Position numbers and translations under genes: made by a program. This document shows, piece by piece, positions 49,706-59,690 of a stretch of 64,000 nt of DNA. Under the pieces are notes generated by a model that was not told the origin of the DNA, did no database searches, and worked only from the letters and a program-made list of their open reading frames with translations. The first letter of the stretch is position 1; every line of letters starts with the position of its first letter. The stretch comes from Eubacteriales bacterium (GTDB lineage Bacteria; Bacillota; Clostridia; Oscillospirales; CAG-382): contig JAZPZV010000023.1 of NCBI GenBank assembly GCA_045544855.1, positions 2,401-66,400 of the forward strand. The letters run 5' to 3'.

Positions 49706-51429
49706 TCCAGCATCCTTTCCAACTGCTTCTTGGCGTAGTTCACGGTGTAGATATCCGTGCTTGCGCAAAGGGAGCGCTTTTTCAGCTCGATAAACAGTTT
49801 GGTGATCTGGGGCAGGTCAAGGGAGGCATCGAACAGCTTTTCAGCCTGCCCGAACACCTCTTCCACCGTGCCGTAAAGATAGACCTCGCCGCGATTCAAT
49901 ACCAGAATACGGTCGGCGTACTTGGCTACCTCTTCCATGCTGTGGGAAATAAGGAGCAGGGTCGCCCCCAAACGGTCCTTGTATTCCATAAGACCGCCGA
50001 AGATCTCTTCTCTGCCCTTGGGGTCCAGCCCTGCGGCGGGTTCGTCCAGCACCAGGACCTCCGGCTCCATGGCAACCACGCCCGCAATAGCGGCACGGCG
50101 CTTCTGTCCGCCGGAAAGCTCAAAGGGGCTTCTTCTCAATTCCCCTTCGGAAAGGCCGCAGAAACGGGCGGCATCCTCCACACGGCGGGAGATCTCATCT
50201 TCTGTCAGCCCCATATTACCGGGACCGTATGCAATGTCCTTGCGGACGGTTTCTTCAAACAATTGGTATTCGGGGTATTGGAACACCAGCCCCACACGGG
50301 AGCGGATCTTCCGCATCTCCTTGGGCTTGGCGTAGATGCTTTCTCCCCCCAGCAAAATATCCCCGGAGGTGGGGTTGCGAAGCCCGTTGAGCAGGGTGGC
50401 AAGGGTGCTTTTCCCCGAGCCGGTATGGCCGATGATGCCGATGACCTCCCCCTTGGGGAAGGAAACGGAAACGTTCTTCAAGGCCTCCTTGCGGAAGGGC
50501 GTGCCCTCGCCGTAGACCACGGAGACGTTTTTCACCTCCAAGGCCGCAGGCTTTTCCTCGTGACCCGCCGCTTCCTTGGGGGTGGCGGGGAAAACGTTCT
50601 TGGGCAATACCTTCTCCAGCTCCTCGGCCGCCTCCATGGTGTGGAGGATCCCCTTGGGGAAGGGGTGGCCATCCTTGGTCATCAGGTGCAAAAGCTCGGT
50701 GACCTGGGGGACGGAGAGGGAGACGTTTTTCAATTCCTCTACGTTGGAGAAGATCTCACGGGGGGCGCCGTCCATGAGGATGCGGCCGTGATCCAGCACC
50801 ACCACGCGGTCTGCCTCGATGGCCTCCGCCATGTAGTGGGTGATGGTGATCACGGTGATCTGCTTTTCCTTGTTCAGCTTCTTCATGGCCGCCATGATCT
50901 CCCGCCTGCCGTTGGGGTCAAGCATGGCGGTGGCTTCGTCGAAAATAATGCAATCGGGACCCATGGCAAGAACTCCCGCAATGGCGATCCTTTGCTTTTG
51001 TCCGCCGGAAAGCTTGCTTGTGGCGTGGTGGGCGTATTCCGTCATGGAGACGGTGGCCAGGGCCTCGTCCACACGGCGGCGGATGACCTCACGCTTGTAG
51101 CCCAGGTTTTCGGGAGCAAAGGCCACGTCCTCTTCCACCACACCCGCAACCAGCTGGTTATCGGGGTTCTGGAAGATCATGCCGCATTTTTCCCGCAGCT
51201 TCCACAGGGATTCCTCGTCGTCGGTGGGCAGACCCGCCACGGTGATCTTCCCCGCAGAGGGCTGTAAGATCCCGCAGATCAGCTTGGCAAGGGTGGATTT
51301 TCCGCTGCCGTTGTGCCCAAGCACGGCGGTATAGCTCCCTTTTTCGAAGGAAAGGGTCACGTCGTTTAAAACGGGCAGATCGCTTCCCTCGTAAAAGAAA
51401 GTTAAATTTTGAATATCGATAAAACTCAT
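49699..51429 (-). CDS. ecfA: Fused ECF transporter ATPase EcfA1-EcfA2
   Basis: Two complete ABC domains in one ORF: GHNGSGKST/QNPDNQ/LSGGQ and GHTGSGKST/QYPEYQ/LSGGQ. Confidence 0.9.
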   Translation of the reverse strand: MSFIDIQNLTFFYEGSDLPVLNDVTLSFEKGSYTAVLGHNGSGKSTLAKLICGILQPSAGKITVAGLPTDDEESLWKLREKCGMIFQNPDNQLVAGVVEEDVAFAPENLGYKREVIRRRVDEALATVSMTEYAHHATSKLSGGQKQRIAIAGVLAMGPDCIIFDEATAMLDPNGRREIMAAMKKLNKEKQITVITITHYMAEAIEADRVVVLDHGRILMDGAPREIFSNVEELKNVSLSVPQVTELLHLMTKDGHPFPKGILHTMEAAEELEKVLPKNVFPATPKEAAGHEEKPAALEVKNVSVVYGEGTPFRKEALKNVSVSFPKGEVIGIIGHTGSGKSTLATLLNGLRNPTSGDILLGGESIYAKPKEMRKIRSRVGLVFQYPEYQLFEETVRKDIAYGPGNMGLTEDEISRRVEDAARFCGLSEGELRRSPFELSGGQKRRAAIAGVVAMEPEVLVLDEPAAGLDPKGREEIFGGLMEYKDRLGATLLLISHSMEEVAKYADRILVLNRGEVYLYGTVEEVFGQAEKLFDASLDLPQITKLFIELKKRSLCASTDIYTVNYAKKQLERMLEC

Positions 51430-51468
51430 AATTGCGTCATTCTTAAAAAGGGAAAAGTTTTGAGGTTT

Positions 51469-51520
51469 CTTAAGGAACTTTTTCAAAAGTTCCTTAAGCG
51501 GGTGAAGGGCAGCGCCCTTC
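51469..51520. repeat. REP-like double inverted repeat
   Basis: CTTAAGGAACTTTT-tc-AAAAGTTCCTTAAG (14-bp perfect arms) followed by GAAGGGC-agc-GCCCTTC. Confidence 0.6.
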
Positions 51521-51546
51521 GTAAACTTTCAAGCGGGAGCGTAGCG

Positions 51547-52404
51547 TCACCTTGTCCATCTGCTCGCGGCGCCGCAAGGGAGAGGGATCCCGCTGGCTAC
51601 CACAGGCAAGCCCAATTCATCGCTGACCACCTTGCCGCCGAACCGCTTCATGTGGCGGTTCAACACGTAGCCGTTGGTGGAGGGGGAAAGTCCTGTGGTG
51701 TAAGAGTTCAGGATCACGAACAGGGGGTCGTCGGACAGAACGCCGCAAACCAGCTCTACCAGCCCGTCCAGACTTTCCTCAATGACCCAGCGTTCTCCGC
51801 CGGGACCTCTGCCGAAGGAGGGCGGGTCCAGGATCACCGCATCGTAGCGGTTGCCTCTGCGGATCTCCCGCTGAACGAACTTGGCGCAGTCGTCCACGAT
51901 GTAGCGGATACGGTCTGCGGGAATGCCGGACAAGGCCGCGTTCTGCTTGGCTCTTGCCACCATGCCCTTGGAGGCATCCACGTGGCAGACGAAGGCGCCC
52001 GCCTTGGCCGCCGCCACGGAAGCACCGCCGGTGTAGGCAAACAGGTTCAACAGCTTGATCTCTCTGCCTGCGTTCTTGATGAGCTCGGAGAACCAATCCC
52101 AGTTGGCCGCCTGCTCGGGGAACAGCCCCGTGTGCTTGAAGCCCATGGGGGAAAGAAGGAACTTCAAGTCCCCGTAGGAGACTACCCATTCCTCGGGAAT
52201 GTCTTTCTTGACCCATTCGCCGCCGCCCTTGTTACTGCGGCGGTAGATGCCCCCGGCCTTTTTCCATTCCGGGCGCTTTTTGTCCCCGCCCCAAATGATC
52301 TGGGGGTCGGGACGGATGAGGATGTGGTCTCCCCATTTTTCCAGCCGTTCGCCGTCCGCGGCGTCCAGCAGGGTATATTCTTTCCAGTTTTCTGCAACAA
52401 ACAT
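51547..52404 (-). CDS. Class I SAM-dependent methyltransferase (RlmI/RlmK-like)
   Basis: KHTGLFPEQ, LNLFAYTG, VDASK, ILDPPSFG. Confidence 0.88.
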   Translation of the reverse strand: MFVAENWKEYTLLDAADGERLEKWGDHILIRPDPQIIWGGDKKRPEWKKAGGIYRRSNKGGGEWVKKDIPEEWVVSYGDLKFLLSPMGFKHTGLFPEQAANWDWFSELIKNAGREIKLLNLFAYTGGASVAAAKAGAFVCHVDASKGMVARAKQNAALSGIPADRIRYIVDDCAKFVQREIRRGNRYDAVILDPPSFGRGPGGERWVIEESLDGLVELVCGVLSDDPLFVILNSYTTGLSPSTNGYVLNRHMKRFGGKVVSDELGLPVVASGIPLPCGAASRWTR

Positions 52405-53501
52405 CAGTTTTCCTCGTCGTTTTCAAAGGAGAGTTGTTCCGCCGCGCCGTAAACCTGCTCCGGGTAGGGCACGCCGATGTGGCGGTAAGCTCCCGCCGTG
52501 GCCATTCTGCCCCGGGGGGTGCGGTTCAGGAAGCCCAACTGCATGAGATAGGGCTCGTAAACGTCCTCGATGGTGACTGCCGCCTCGCCGGTGACAGCCG
52601 CCAGGGTGTCCAGCCCTACGGGGCCGCCGCCGAAGTGGCGGATGATAGCGTCCAGCATTTTGCGGTCCACCGCGTCCAGACCCAATTCGTCCACCTCCAT
52701 GGCCCGCAGGGCAATGTCGGCGATCTCTCTGTCGATGGTGCCGTCTCCCTTCACCGCCGCAAAGTCACGGACACGCTTCAAAAAGCGGTTGGCGATACGG
52801 GGCGTGCCTCTGGAACGCTTGGCGATCTCCAAAGCACCCTCGGGGAGGATGGGCGTGTCCAAAATGCCCGAAGAACGGGTGACGATCCGGGCAAGCTCCT
52901 CCGGGGGATACAGCTCCAAGCGGAAGGTCATGCCGAAACGGTCACGGAGAGGGGCGGACAACTGCCCCGCTCTGGTGGTGGCACCGATGAGGGTAAAGGG
53001 CTTCAAGGGGATGCGGATGGAACGGGCGGAGGGTCCCTTGCCCATCATAAGATCCAGGCAATAGTCCTCCATGGCGGGGTAGAGCACCTCCTCCACCTGC
53101 TTGGGGAGACGGTGGATCTCGTCGATAAACAGAATGTCGTTCCGTTCCAGGGTGGTCAGCAGCGCCGCCAGATCCCCCGCCTTTGCAATGGCAGGGCCGG
53201 AGGTGATCTTCAGATTGACCCCCAATTCCGAGGCGATGATGCAGGACAGCGTGGTCTTACCCAGACCGGGAGGGCCAAAGAGCAATACGTGATCCAAAGC
53301 CTCCTGTCTTGCGGTGGCGGCCTGGATGTAGACCTCTAAGTTGGCCTTCAGCTTTTCCTGCCCCACGTATTCCGATAAGGTCTTGGGGCGTAAGGACAGC
53401 TCTGTTTCCGTGTCCTCCGAGATATATTCCGATGCGGTAAAACGGCTTTCAAAATCGAAGTCGTCGTTCCCGTAGGTAGGCACTTTCGTGTTAATGGGCA
53501 T
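52404..53501 (-). CDS. ruvB: Holliday junction branch migration helicase RuvB
   Basis: [42 protein letters not shown]. Confidence 0.97.
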   Translation of the reverse strand: MPINTKVPTYGNDDFDFESRFTASEYISEDTETELSLRPKTLSEYVGQEKLKANLEVYIQAATARQEALDHVLLFGPPGLGKTTLSCIIASELGVNLKITSGPAIAKAGDLAALLTTLERNDILFIDEIHRLPKQVEEVLYPAMEDYCLDLMMGKGPSARSIRIPLKPFTLIGATTRAGQLSAPLRDRFGMTFRLELYPPEELARIVTRSSGILDTPILPEGALEIAKRSRGTPRIANRFLKRVRDFAAVKGDGTIDREIADIALRAMEVDELGLDAVDRKMLDAIIRHFGGGPVGLDTLAAVTGEAAVTIEDVYEPYLMQLGFLNRTPRGRMATAGAYRHIGVPYPEQVYGAAEQLSFENDEEN

Positions 53502-53525
53502 GGCAAATTACCGTTCCTTGTTCAC

Positions 53526-54119
53526 TTATCGTTTGGAGGCCAAGATCCGTAAGGTCTCCGCAATCATTTCTTCCAAGGGCAGGGAAGGGGAGACGGAACG
53601 CATAGCGTCACGGATCTGCTCTCTGGAGAAGCCGTACAGGGTCAGGGTGTCGATGACCCGGGAGGCGTTTGCACCGCCGCTGACACCGGGAACGTCCGAG
53701 GTCACGGGCAGGCCGTCCGCCACCTTGTCCTTCAGCTCCAAGATCACCCTCTGGGCGGTCTTGTTTCCCACGCCGGGGGCACGGGCGATGGCCTTGTAGT
53801 CCCCGTCGGCACAGGCACGGATGAATTCCTCGATGGTCAGCACCGAAAGGATGGCGCCCGCTCCCTTGGGTCCTATGCCGGAAACGGAGATCAGCTTGCG
53901 GAACAGCTCCAATTCCTCCTCCGTGGCAAAGCCGTAAAGGTCTGCCGCATCCTCCCGCAAAGTCAAATGGGTGTAAAGCAGAGCCTCCTTCTTCAGCTTG
54001 GAGGACAAGGCCGCAAAGGTAGAGGCGGGGATGTTCAGCTTATACCCCACGCCGCCGCAATCCAGAACGGCAAACTCGTTTTGCAGGACGGTCAACGTCC
54101 CTCTCAGATAATAAAACAT
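53526..54119 (-). CDS. ruvA: Holliday junction branch migration protein RuvA
   Basis: GVGY, REDA..LYGF, SGIGPK, PGVG.KTA.R...ELK. Confidence 0.96.
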   Translation of the reverse strand: MFYYLRGTLTVLQNEFAVLDCGGVGYKLNIPASTFAALSSKLKKEALLYTHLTLREDAADLYGFATEEELELFRKLISVSGIGPKGAGAILSVLTIEEFIRACADGDYKAIARAPGVGNKTAQRVILELKDKVADGLPVTSDVPGVSGGANASRVIDTLTLYGFSREQIRDAMRSVSPSLPLEEMIAETLRILASKR

Positions 54120-54136
54120 ACCGATGTATCTCCGTT

Positions 54137-54616
54137 TTAATACTTATGCATGGCGGTGCTTCCGTGGCAAATGGCGATAGCGATGGCATCCGCCGCATCG
54201 TCGGGCTTGGGAGTTTCCTTCATGTGGAGGTATTGCCGCACCATGTACATTACCTGCTGTTTTTCCGCCCTGCCGTAGCCCACCACGGCGGACTTCACCT
54301 GCAAGGGGGTGTATTCGTAAATGGGCAGGCGAGCCTTGTTGGCGGCCAGCAGGATCACGCCTCTTGCCTGTGCCACGTCCACGGCGGTCTTCTGGTTGTT
54401 GTTGAAGAACAGCTCCTCTACGGACATACAGTCGGGGCGGTGGCGGGCGATCAGCTCCGTCATGCCGTCGTAGATCTCCGAAAGCCGATCCTCCAAAAGG
54501 GTGTGAGCGGGGGTGGTGATACAGCCGTATTCCAAACAGCGGAAATTCCCGCTGACACACTCCACCACGCCGTAGCCCACAATGGCCACACCGGGGTCGA
54601 TGCCCAAAATCACCAT
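54137..54616 (-). CDS. ruvC: Crossover junction endodeoxyribonuclease RuvC
   Basis: ILGIDPG, EELFF, QARG, YTP.QVK, DD.ADA. Confidence 0.96.
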   Translation of the reverse strand: MVILGIDPGVAIVGYGVVECVSGNFRCLEYGCITTPAHTLLEDRLSEIYDGMTELIARHRPDCMSVEELFFNNNQKTAVDVAQARGVILLAANKARLPIYEYTPLQVKSAVVGYGRAEKQQVMYMVRQYLHMKETPKPDDAADAIAIAICHGSTAMHKY

Positions 54617-54679
54617 GCCTTACCTCCCGCATTTTCAACAACCGTCGGCTCGGGGCAAAATGCCCCCTATAATTCTGTT

Positions 54680-54708
54680 ATTATATCATATAATGATAGT
54701 TTCGTCAA
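54680..54708 (-). promoter_or_regulatory. SigA promoter of ruvCAB
   Basis: Minus strand TTGACG-N17-TATAAT with TG extension. Confidence 0.7.
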
Positions 54709-54802
54709 GAAGAAAGGTCGCAAAAATGCCGTATATTTTGTGAATTTTTCGTTTTGTTTTTTTGCGCTTCCGAAAAAAATGTCCCGCAGGAAAAAATTTT
54801 CC

Positions 54803-54831
54803 TTGACAAACGTCGAAATTTGTGGCATAAT
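54803..54831 (+). promoter_or_regulatory. SigA promoter of the dockerin protein gene
   Basis: TTGACA-N17-CATAAT with TG extension. Confidence 0.65.
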
Positions 54832-54880
54832 GTTGCGGATCGCGGACGACTGCGACCTAACACATAAGGAGTAAACCGCC

Positions 54881-55813
54881 ATGTCGACTTTAAAACGGAC
54901 AGCAGTGCTGTTTTTGACCCTTGCCCTTCTGGTGACGGGAGTGTGGACGTTTGGTATGACCGCTTTTGCGGCGGAGCATATTCTGGACGCCGAGGAAGCC
55001 CACGGCAGTGATTATACCGATTCACCCGCTCTGGCCGCCGCATTGGATGCCATTTTTGCCGGAGATATCGACCTTTACAAGAACTATTCCTGCACCAAGG
55101 AGAAGGAGGCGGCTCTGGGTTCCTCCCATCTTACCGATAAGAACCAGTATTACATCACCTGTCCCGCCACCGGCGGCGTGATCTCCGGCTGGCAGTGCTA
55201 CATTTACGCCAACGCGGTGTATAACAAGCTGTTCGGCGAGTACGTTCGCCACGGCGACCATGCGTTTTTGTATTCCGAGGTGGTCATGGGCGGGGGCGCC
55301 AAGACGGTGTCCTACGAGGATTTTGTGGAAGCGGGTGTCCGTTGCGGAGCGTATATGCGCACCACCGCCAACAAAAACGGCTCCTATAACAGCTCCTACG
55401 CCCATTCCTTGATCATCCTTTCCTACGACGAAGAGACTATTACCTACTTGGACGGCAATTCCGATGGCAGAGGTCTGGTGCGGATCAACGTCCGTACCTG
55501 GGAGGATTTCAACTACGTCAACCTCACCCGCAAGAGCCGCCGTGTGAACCACATCGTTCAGCCCACCGAAGCGTATTTTGAAAGCCTGTATCCCACCCCC
55601 GCAGAGGACGTGATGCTTGGGGACGTGAACGGCGACGAGGAAGTGAATGCGGTGGATTACATGATGGTCAAGCGTTCCGTGCTGGGGAAATACGAGCTGG
55701 ACAAGACCCAGAAGTATGCCGCCGACGTGAACGAAAACGGCAGGGTGGATGCCACCGATTACGCCATGGTCAAGCGCCACGTTCTGGGCACGTACCGGAT
55801 TCCCGAGGATTAA
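54881..55813 (+). CDS. Secreted CHAP/papain-like domain protein with C-terminal dockerin
   Basis: Signal peptide; WQCYIYA...AHSLII...YLDGN Cys-His pattern; GDVNGD / ADVNENG dockerin duplication. Confidence 0.8.
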   Translation: MSTLKRTAVLFLTLALLVTGVWTFGMTAFAAEHILDAEEAHGSDYTDSPALAAALDAIFAGDIDLYKNYSCTKEKEAALGSSHLTDKNQYYITCPATGGVISGWQCYIYANAVYNKLFGEYVRHGDHAFLYSEVVMGGGAKTVSYEDFVEAGVRCGAYMRTTANKNGSYNSSYAHSLIILSYDEETITYLDGNSDGRGLVRINVRTWEDFNYVNLTRKSRRVNHIVQPTEAYFESLYPTPAEDVMLGDVNGDEEVNAVDYMMVKRSVLGKYELDKTQKYAADVNENGRVDATDYAMVKRHVLGTYRIPED

Positions 55814-55824
55814 ACGAATACCTT

Positions 55825-55854
55825 TTGCCCCGACGGCTTTTGTCGGGGCTTTTT
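55825..55854 (+). terminator. Intrinsic terminator
   Basis: GCCCCGAC-ggctttt-GTCGGGGC followed by a T run. Confidence 0.75.
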
Positions 55855-55957
55855 TGTCCCGCCGGGTAATTGAAAAACCGCGGAGACAAAAGATTTTTCT
55901 TGATTTTGCTTTGGAATGTGGTATACTGTAGCCAAAGAGAGAAAAGGCAGGTCTTTT

Positions 55958-56881
55958 ATGGAACACGTCACCATCGGAAAACAATACGGAGAGGGAAAGA
56001 TCGTTTATGCGGAATGTGCGGTAAACGGCGACCTTTCCCGGGTGGACATCAAGGGGAAGAGCTTCCTGTTGGTGTGCCTTTCCGAGGGGGATCTGCGGTT
56101 TTCCGTGGGAGGCAGGACCTACGTGGGGAACGCCCCCTGCTTTTTGTGCTTTGACGAGGGGGAAGACCCCGTTTTTGAAAATACTACAGGGGCAAGATAC
56201 GCCTGTATTTGGTTCCATCCCCTGTTTTTGAACGTGAACATGACTCTTTCCCGCATCCGCTCTGTGGACTACGAGGACATGGCCTCCGTCCACGACCTGT
56301 TCCTGCTTCGTCCTTTTCTGGACGGGGGCTATATCGTCCCCGCCACTGCGGAACGGCTGGCAAGCGCGGAGCACGCCTGCCGCTGTATGGAGCGGGAGCT
56401 GAGGGAACAGCGGGATTGGTATTGGTCCTGCCGCAGCCGCAGCTATTTTATGGAGCTGCTGATCGGCTTGGAGCGTGTCTACGCAGAGGTGGGCTATCCC
56501 CACGTTGCCAACGAGCCCTACGGGGAAACCGCGGGGGAGGCGGATCTTTTGCAGGACGCCATTCTTTATCTGGAAGGCCATTTTGCCGAGGATCTGACCA
56601 TTCGGGATGTCTGCACCCGTTTGGGAGTAAGTCGTTCCACCCTCACTGCCGCCTTCCGCAAGGGGAGGAATACCACGGTGATGGAGTATCTCATGGCCTT
56701 CCGTGTGAGGGTGGCAAAAAAGCACCTTGCCTTCACCGAGATCCCCCACAAGGAGATCGCCTTCCGTTGCGGATTCAAGACCGTCCAGCACTTTTCCCGC
56801 GTGTTCAAACAGCACACCGGCCAGACCCCGGGGGAATTTCGCAGGAATGCGGTGCAGAAACGAAAGGATGAAATCAAATGA
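55958..56881 (+). CDS. AraC family transcriptional regulator
   Basis: C-terminal double HTH (EIAFRCGFKTVQHFSRVFKQHTGQTPGEFR). Confidence 0.92.
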   Translation: MEHVTIGKQYGEGKIVYAECAVNGDLSRVDIKGKSFLLVCLSEGDLRFSVGGRTYVGNAPCFLCFDEGEDPVFENTTGARYACIWFHPLFLNVNMTLSRIRSVDYEDMASVHDLFLLRPFLDGGYIVPATAERLASAEHACRCMERELREQRDWYWSCRSRSYFMELLIGLERVYAEVGYPHVANEPYGETAGEADLLQDAILYLEGHFAEDLTIRDVCTRLGVSRSTLTAAFRKGRNTTVMEYLMAFRVRVAKKHLAFTEIPHKEIAFRCGFKTVQHFSRVFKQHTGQTPGEFRRNAVQKRKDEIK

Positions 56882-59562
56882 AAAGAATTTTTGCCATGGC
56901 TTTATGCCTTTTGCTGTTGCTTTCGGCGGTGCCCTTCCGGGCGGAGGCCGCAGGGTATGAGGAGGAAGGAGACTTTCTCTACACGGTAAGCAACGGGCAG
57001 GCTCAATTGCGTTTGTATCAAGGAAACGATAAGGTCGTAGAGGTACCCGCCGAGTTGGGCGGCTGTTCGGTGGTCAGAATTGACACCTATGCCTTCAAGG
57101 AATCTTCCGCGGAGGAGGTCATCCTGCCGGAAGGGATCACCGATATTGGCGTCCAAGCCTTTGAGGATTGCGCTTCCTTGAAGAAGATCAACCTTCCCGA
57201 AGGGCTTTTGGACATCGGCATGGGGGCGTTCCTCCGTTGCAGTGCTTTGGAAGAGCCGGATTTTCCCTCCACCTTACGGTCTGTGGGCATGAGCGCCTTT
57301 CAGAAATGCGCCTCCTTGGAAGAGGTGGTGCTTCCCGAGGGGCTTTTATACCTGCAGTCCGGCGCTTTTCTCGGATGCACGGGGCTGCGAAAGGTCGTTT
57401 TGCCCTCCACCCTGCAGCTTCGGCTGACGGACAGCAGTTTGTTCCAGAGCTGTACCGCTTTGGAAGAAGTGATCCTGTCGGAAGGGTTCACCTTGATACC
57501 CTCCGCCGCGTTTGCGGGCTGTACTTCCTTGGCGAAGGTGGAGATACCCTCCACCGTGACCCGCATTGACACCCTTGCTTTTGAAAACTGTACCTCTTTG
57601 AATCGCTTGACACTTCCCGCTTCCTTGTCCACCGTGGGAGGGGGCATCCTGTCGGGGTGCGGCGAGGTGGAGATCGTTTTGGAAGAGGGCTCTCCCTTGA
57701 CCTATGAAAACGGCGCCTTGTATAACGAAAGCGGCTTTTTGGTGTACGCAAGGGGGATGGAAGAGCTTCCTCCCCTGCAAAACGGCATCGAGAGCTATGC
57801 TTTTGCCGGTAACACGGTTTTGAAAACCGCCCATATTCCCGCAAGGGTCACGGCGGTGCGTTCTTACGCTTTTCGGAATTGCACAGCCTTGGAGGCGGCT
57901 ACCGTTCCCTGGTCTGTGGAGGATCTGAACGGCACGTTCTGCGGATGCGAAAGCCTTTCCTCCGTGAACCTGTACCAGGGACTGGAGATCATCGGGGCGC
58001 AGACCTTTGCAGGGTGTAAGAATCTGACGGAGATCCGTCTGCCCGAGGGGCTTTTGACCATCGGCCTCCGTGCTTTTGCGGAGTCGGGGCTGACCTCTGT
58101 GTATATTCCCGATACCGTTACCCGGATCGAGCAGGAAGCCTTTCTGGATTGCCCCAACCTGACCCGTATCGAATGCGGTGCCTCGGAAAAGCCGAAGGGA
58201 TGGAGCGACGCTTGGGCACCCGAAGGGGTGGAGATCGTCTGGGGCGTCTCCCGCGAGGAGGACCCCGCCTTTACCGTCAAAAAACAGGACGGATATCTCT
58301 ATCAGTTCCTGGGGGAGGAAGCCGTTCTTTTGGGCTACGAGGGGACTGCAAAGGAGTTGAAGATCCCCGCTACCCTTGGGGGCAAGCCCGTGACGGAGAT
58401 CTGGCAGAACGCCTTCAGTATGCTTGGCGACGTTCGCGGCGAGAGTATGGACAAGGTTGTGATCCCCGAGGGGGTAAAGCGGATCGGCGAAATGGCATTC
58501 TTTGAATGCGGTGAGTTGTCCTCCGTGGTGCTTCCCGACAGTCTGGAATTCATTGGGGAAGGGGCTTTTTACAGCTGTGCTTTGAGAAAAGTGAAGATCC
58601 CCGCCTCGGTTTCCGTGATTCCCGCAAATTGTTTTGCTCAGTGCCAGTGGATGACGGAGGTCGAGATCCCCGAAGGGGTCACCGAGATCCGTGAGGACGC
58701 TTTTTACAACAGTTCCTTGAAGGCGGTCTCTCTGCCCGCTTCGGTGACGGAGATCGATCCCACGGCTTTTTCACGGCTCCAGTTTTTGACATCCTTTACG
58801 GTTTCCTCCGAAAACCCCGTGTACAGCGGGTGGGAAAATTGCTTGCTGAAGGGAGACACCGTGGTGTTGGCAACGGGAGAATTCCCCCAGGAGTTTTCTC
58901 TTCCCGAGGGGGTGCGGGTGATCGGAGAAAACGCCTTTGCCTCTGCGGAATATCTGAAATCCGTGGTTCTTCCCTCCACTTTGGAGCGGATCGAGAACGG
59001 CGCTTTTTCCGCCTGCACCCGTTTGACCTGCATTGAGATCCCCGAGGGGGTGACCTACGTGGGGGACAGAGCGTTTTACAGTACCGAAGCTTTGGCAGAG
59101 GTGATCCTGCCGGAAAGCCTGACCCACATCGGAGACTCCGCTTTTGCGGGGGCGGCCTTGACCTCCGTCTACGTGCCCAAGGGCGTGACCTTCATCGGCA
59201 GAGAAGCCTTTGCCTACAACGATAACCTGACGGAATTGCTCTTCGGCGCCACGGAAAAGCAGGAGGGTTGGGACGAAACCCTGGCGTACCGTTGCCCCGT
59301 GTCGAATTCGGGCAATATGAAGCTTGGTGTGAAAAATCCCTACGCCTCCGAAGACCCCGAAGAAGACGCCGGCGGAGAGACCTCCGGGGAAGAAAGCTCG
59401 GAAGCCGCTTCCGAAGAACCCTCGGAAGAACCCTCGGCGGAAGCAAGCAGTGCAGTTTCCGTGCCTCCCGAAGAAGGAAAGTCCTTCCCGTGGGTTTGGG
59501 TGGTCCTCGCGGTGGCGGCGGTTGCCGCGGCAGTGTTGGTCGTGGTGAAAAAGAAAAATTAA
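56878..59562 (+). CDS. BspA-type leucine-rich-repeat surface protein with C-terminal membrane anchor
   Basis: Signal peptide, many LRR_5 units, acidic SEEP linker, FPWVW-TM-KKKN; ATGA overlap with the AraC gene. Confidence 0.9.
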   Translation: MKRIFAMALCLLLLLSAVPFRAEAAGYEEEGDFLYTVSNGQAQLRLYQGNDKVVEVPAELGGCSVVRIDTYAFKESSAEEVILPEGITDIGVQAFEDCASLKKINLPEGLLDIGMGAFLRCSALEEPDFPSTLRSVGMSAFQKCASLEEVVLPEGLLYLQSGAFLGCTGLRKVVLPSTLQLRLTDSSLFQSCTALEEVILSEGFTLIPSAAFAGCTSLAKVEIPSTVTRIDTLAFENCTSLNRLTLPASLSTVGGGILSGCGEVEIVLEEGSPLTYENGALYNESGFLVYARGMEELPPLQNGIESYAFAGNTVLKTAHIPARVTAVRSYAFRNCTALEAATVPWSVEDLNGTFCGCESLSSVNLYQGLEIIGAQTFAGCKNLTEIRLPEGLLTIGLRAFAESGLTSVYIPDTVTRIEQEAFLDCPNLTRIECGASEKPKGWSDAWAPEGVEIVWGVSREEDPAFTVKKQDGYLYQFLGEEAVLLGYEGTAKELKIPATLGGKPVTEIWQNAFSMLGDVRGESMDKVVIPEGVKRIGEMAFFECGELSSVVLPDSLEFIGEGAFYSCALRKVKIPASVSVIPANCFAQCQWMTEVEIPEGVTEIREDAFYNSSLKAVSLPASVTEIDPTAFSRLQFLTSFTVSSENPVYSGWENCLLKGDTVVLATGEFPQEFSLPEGVRVIGENAFASAEYLKSVVLPSTLERIENGAFSACTRLTCIEIPEGVTYVGDRAFYSTEALAEVILPESLTHIGDSAFAGAALTSVYVPKGVTFIGREAFAYNDNLTELLFGATEKQEGWDETLAYRCPVSNSGNMKLGVKNPYASEDPEEDAGGETSGEESSEAASEEPSEEPSAEASSAVSVPPEEGKSFPWVWVVLAVAAVAAAVLVVVKKKN

Positions 59563-59569
59563 GCAGATC

Positions 59570-59603
59570 GGTCGGACGGGATCTTCCTGCCCGACCTTTT
59601 TTT
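59570..59603 (+). terminator. Intrinsic terminator
   Basis: GGTCGG-acggg-atctt-cctgc-CCGACC followed by TTTTTT. Confidence 0.65.
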
Positions 59604-59690
59604 CGTGAAGGCGGGGCGTCTTACCGTTTCGCAAAAGGGGACTACGAACACGCAATGGGTAAGGGCGGGGATTTACGTTTTGCACCCCGT

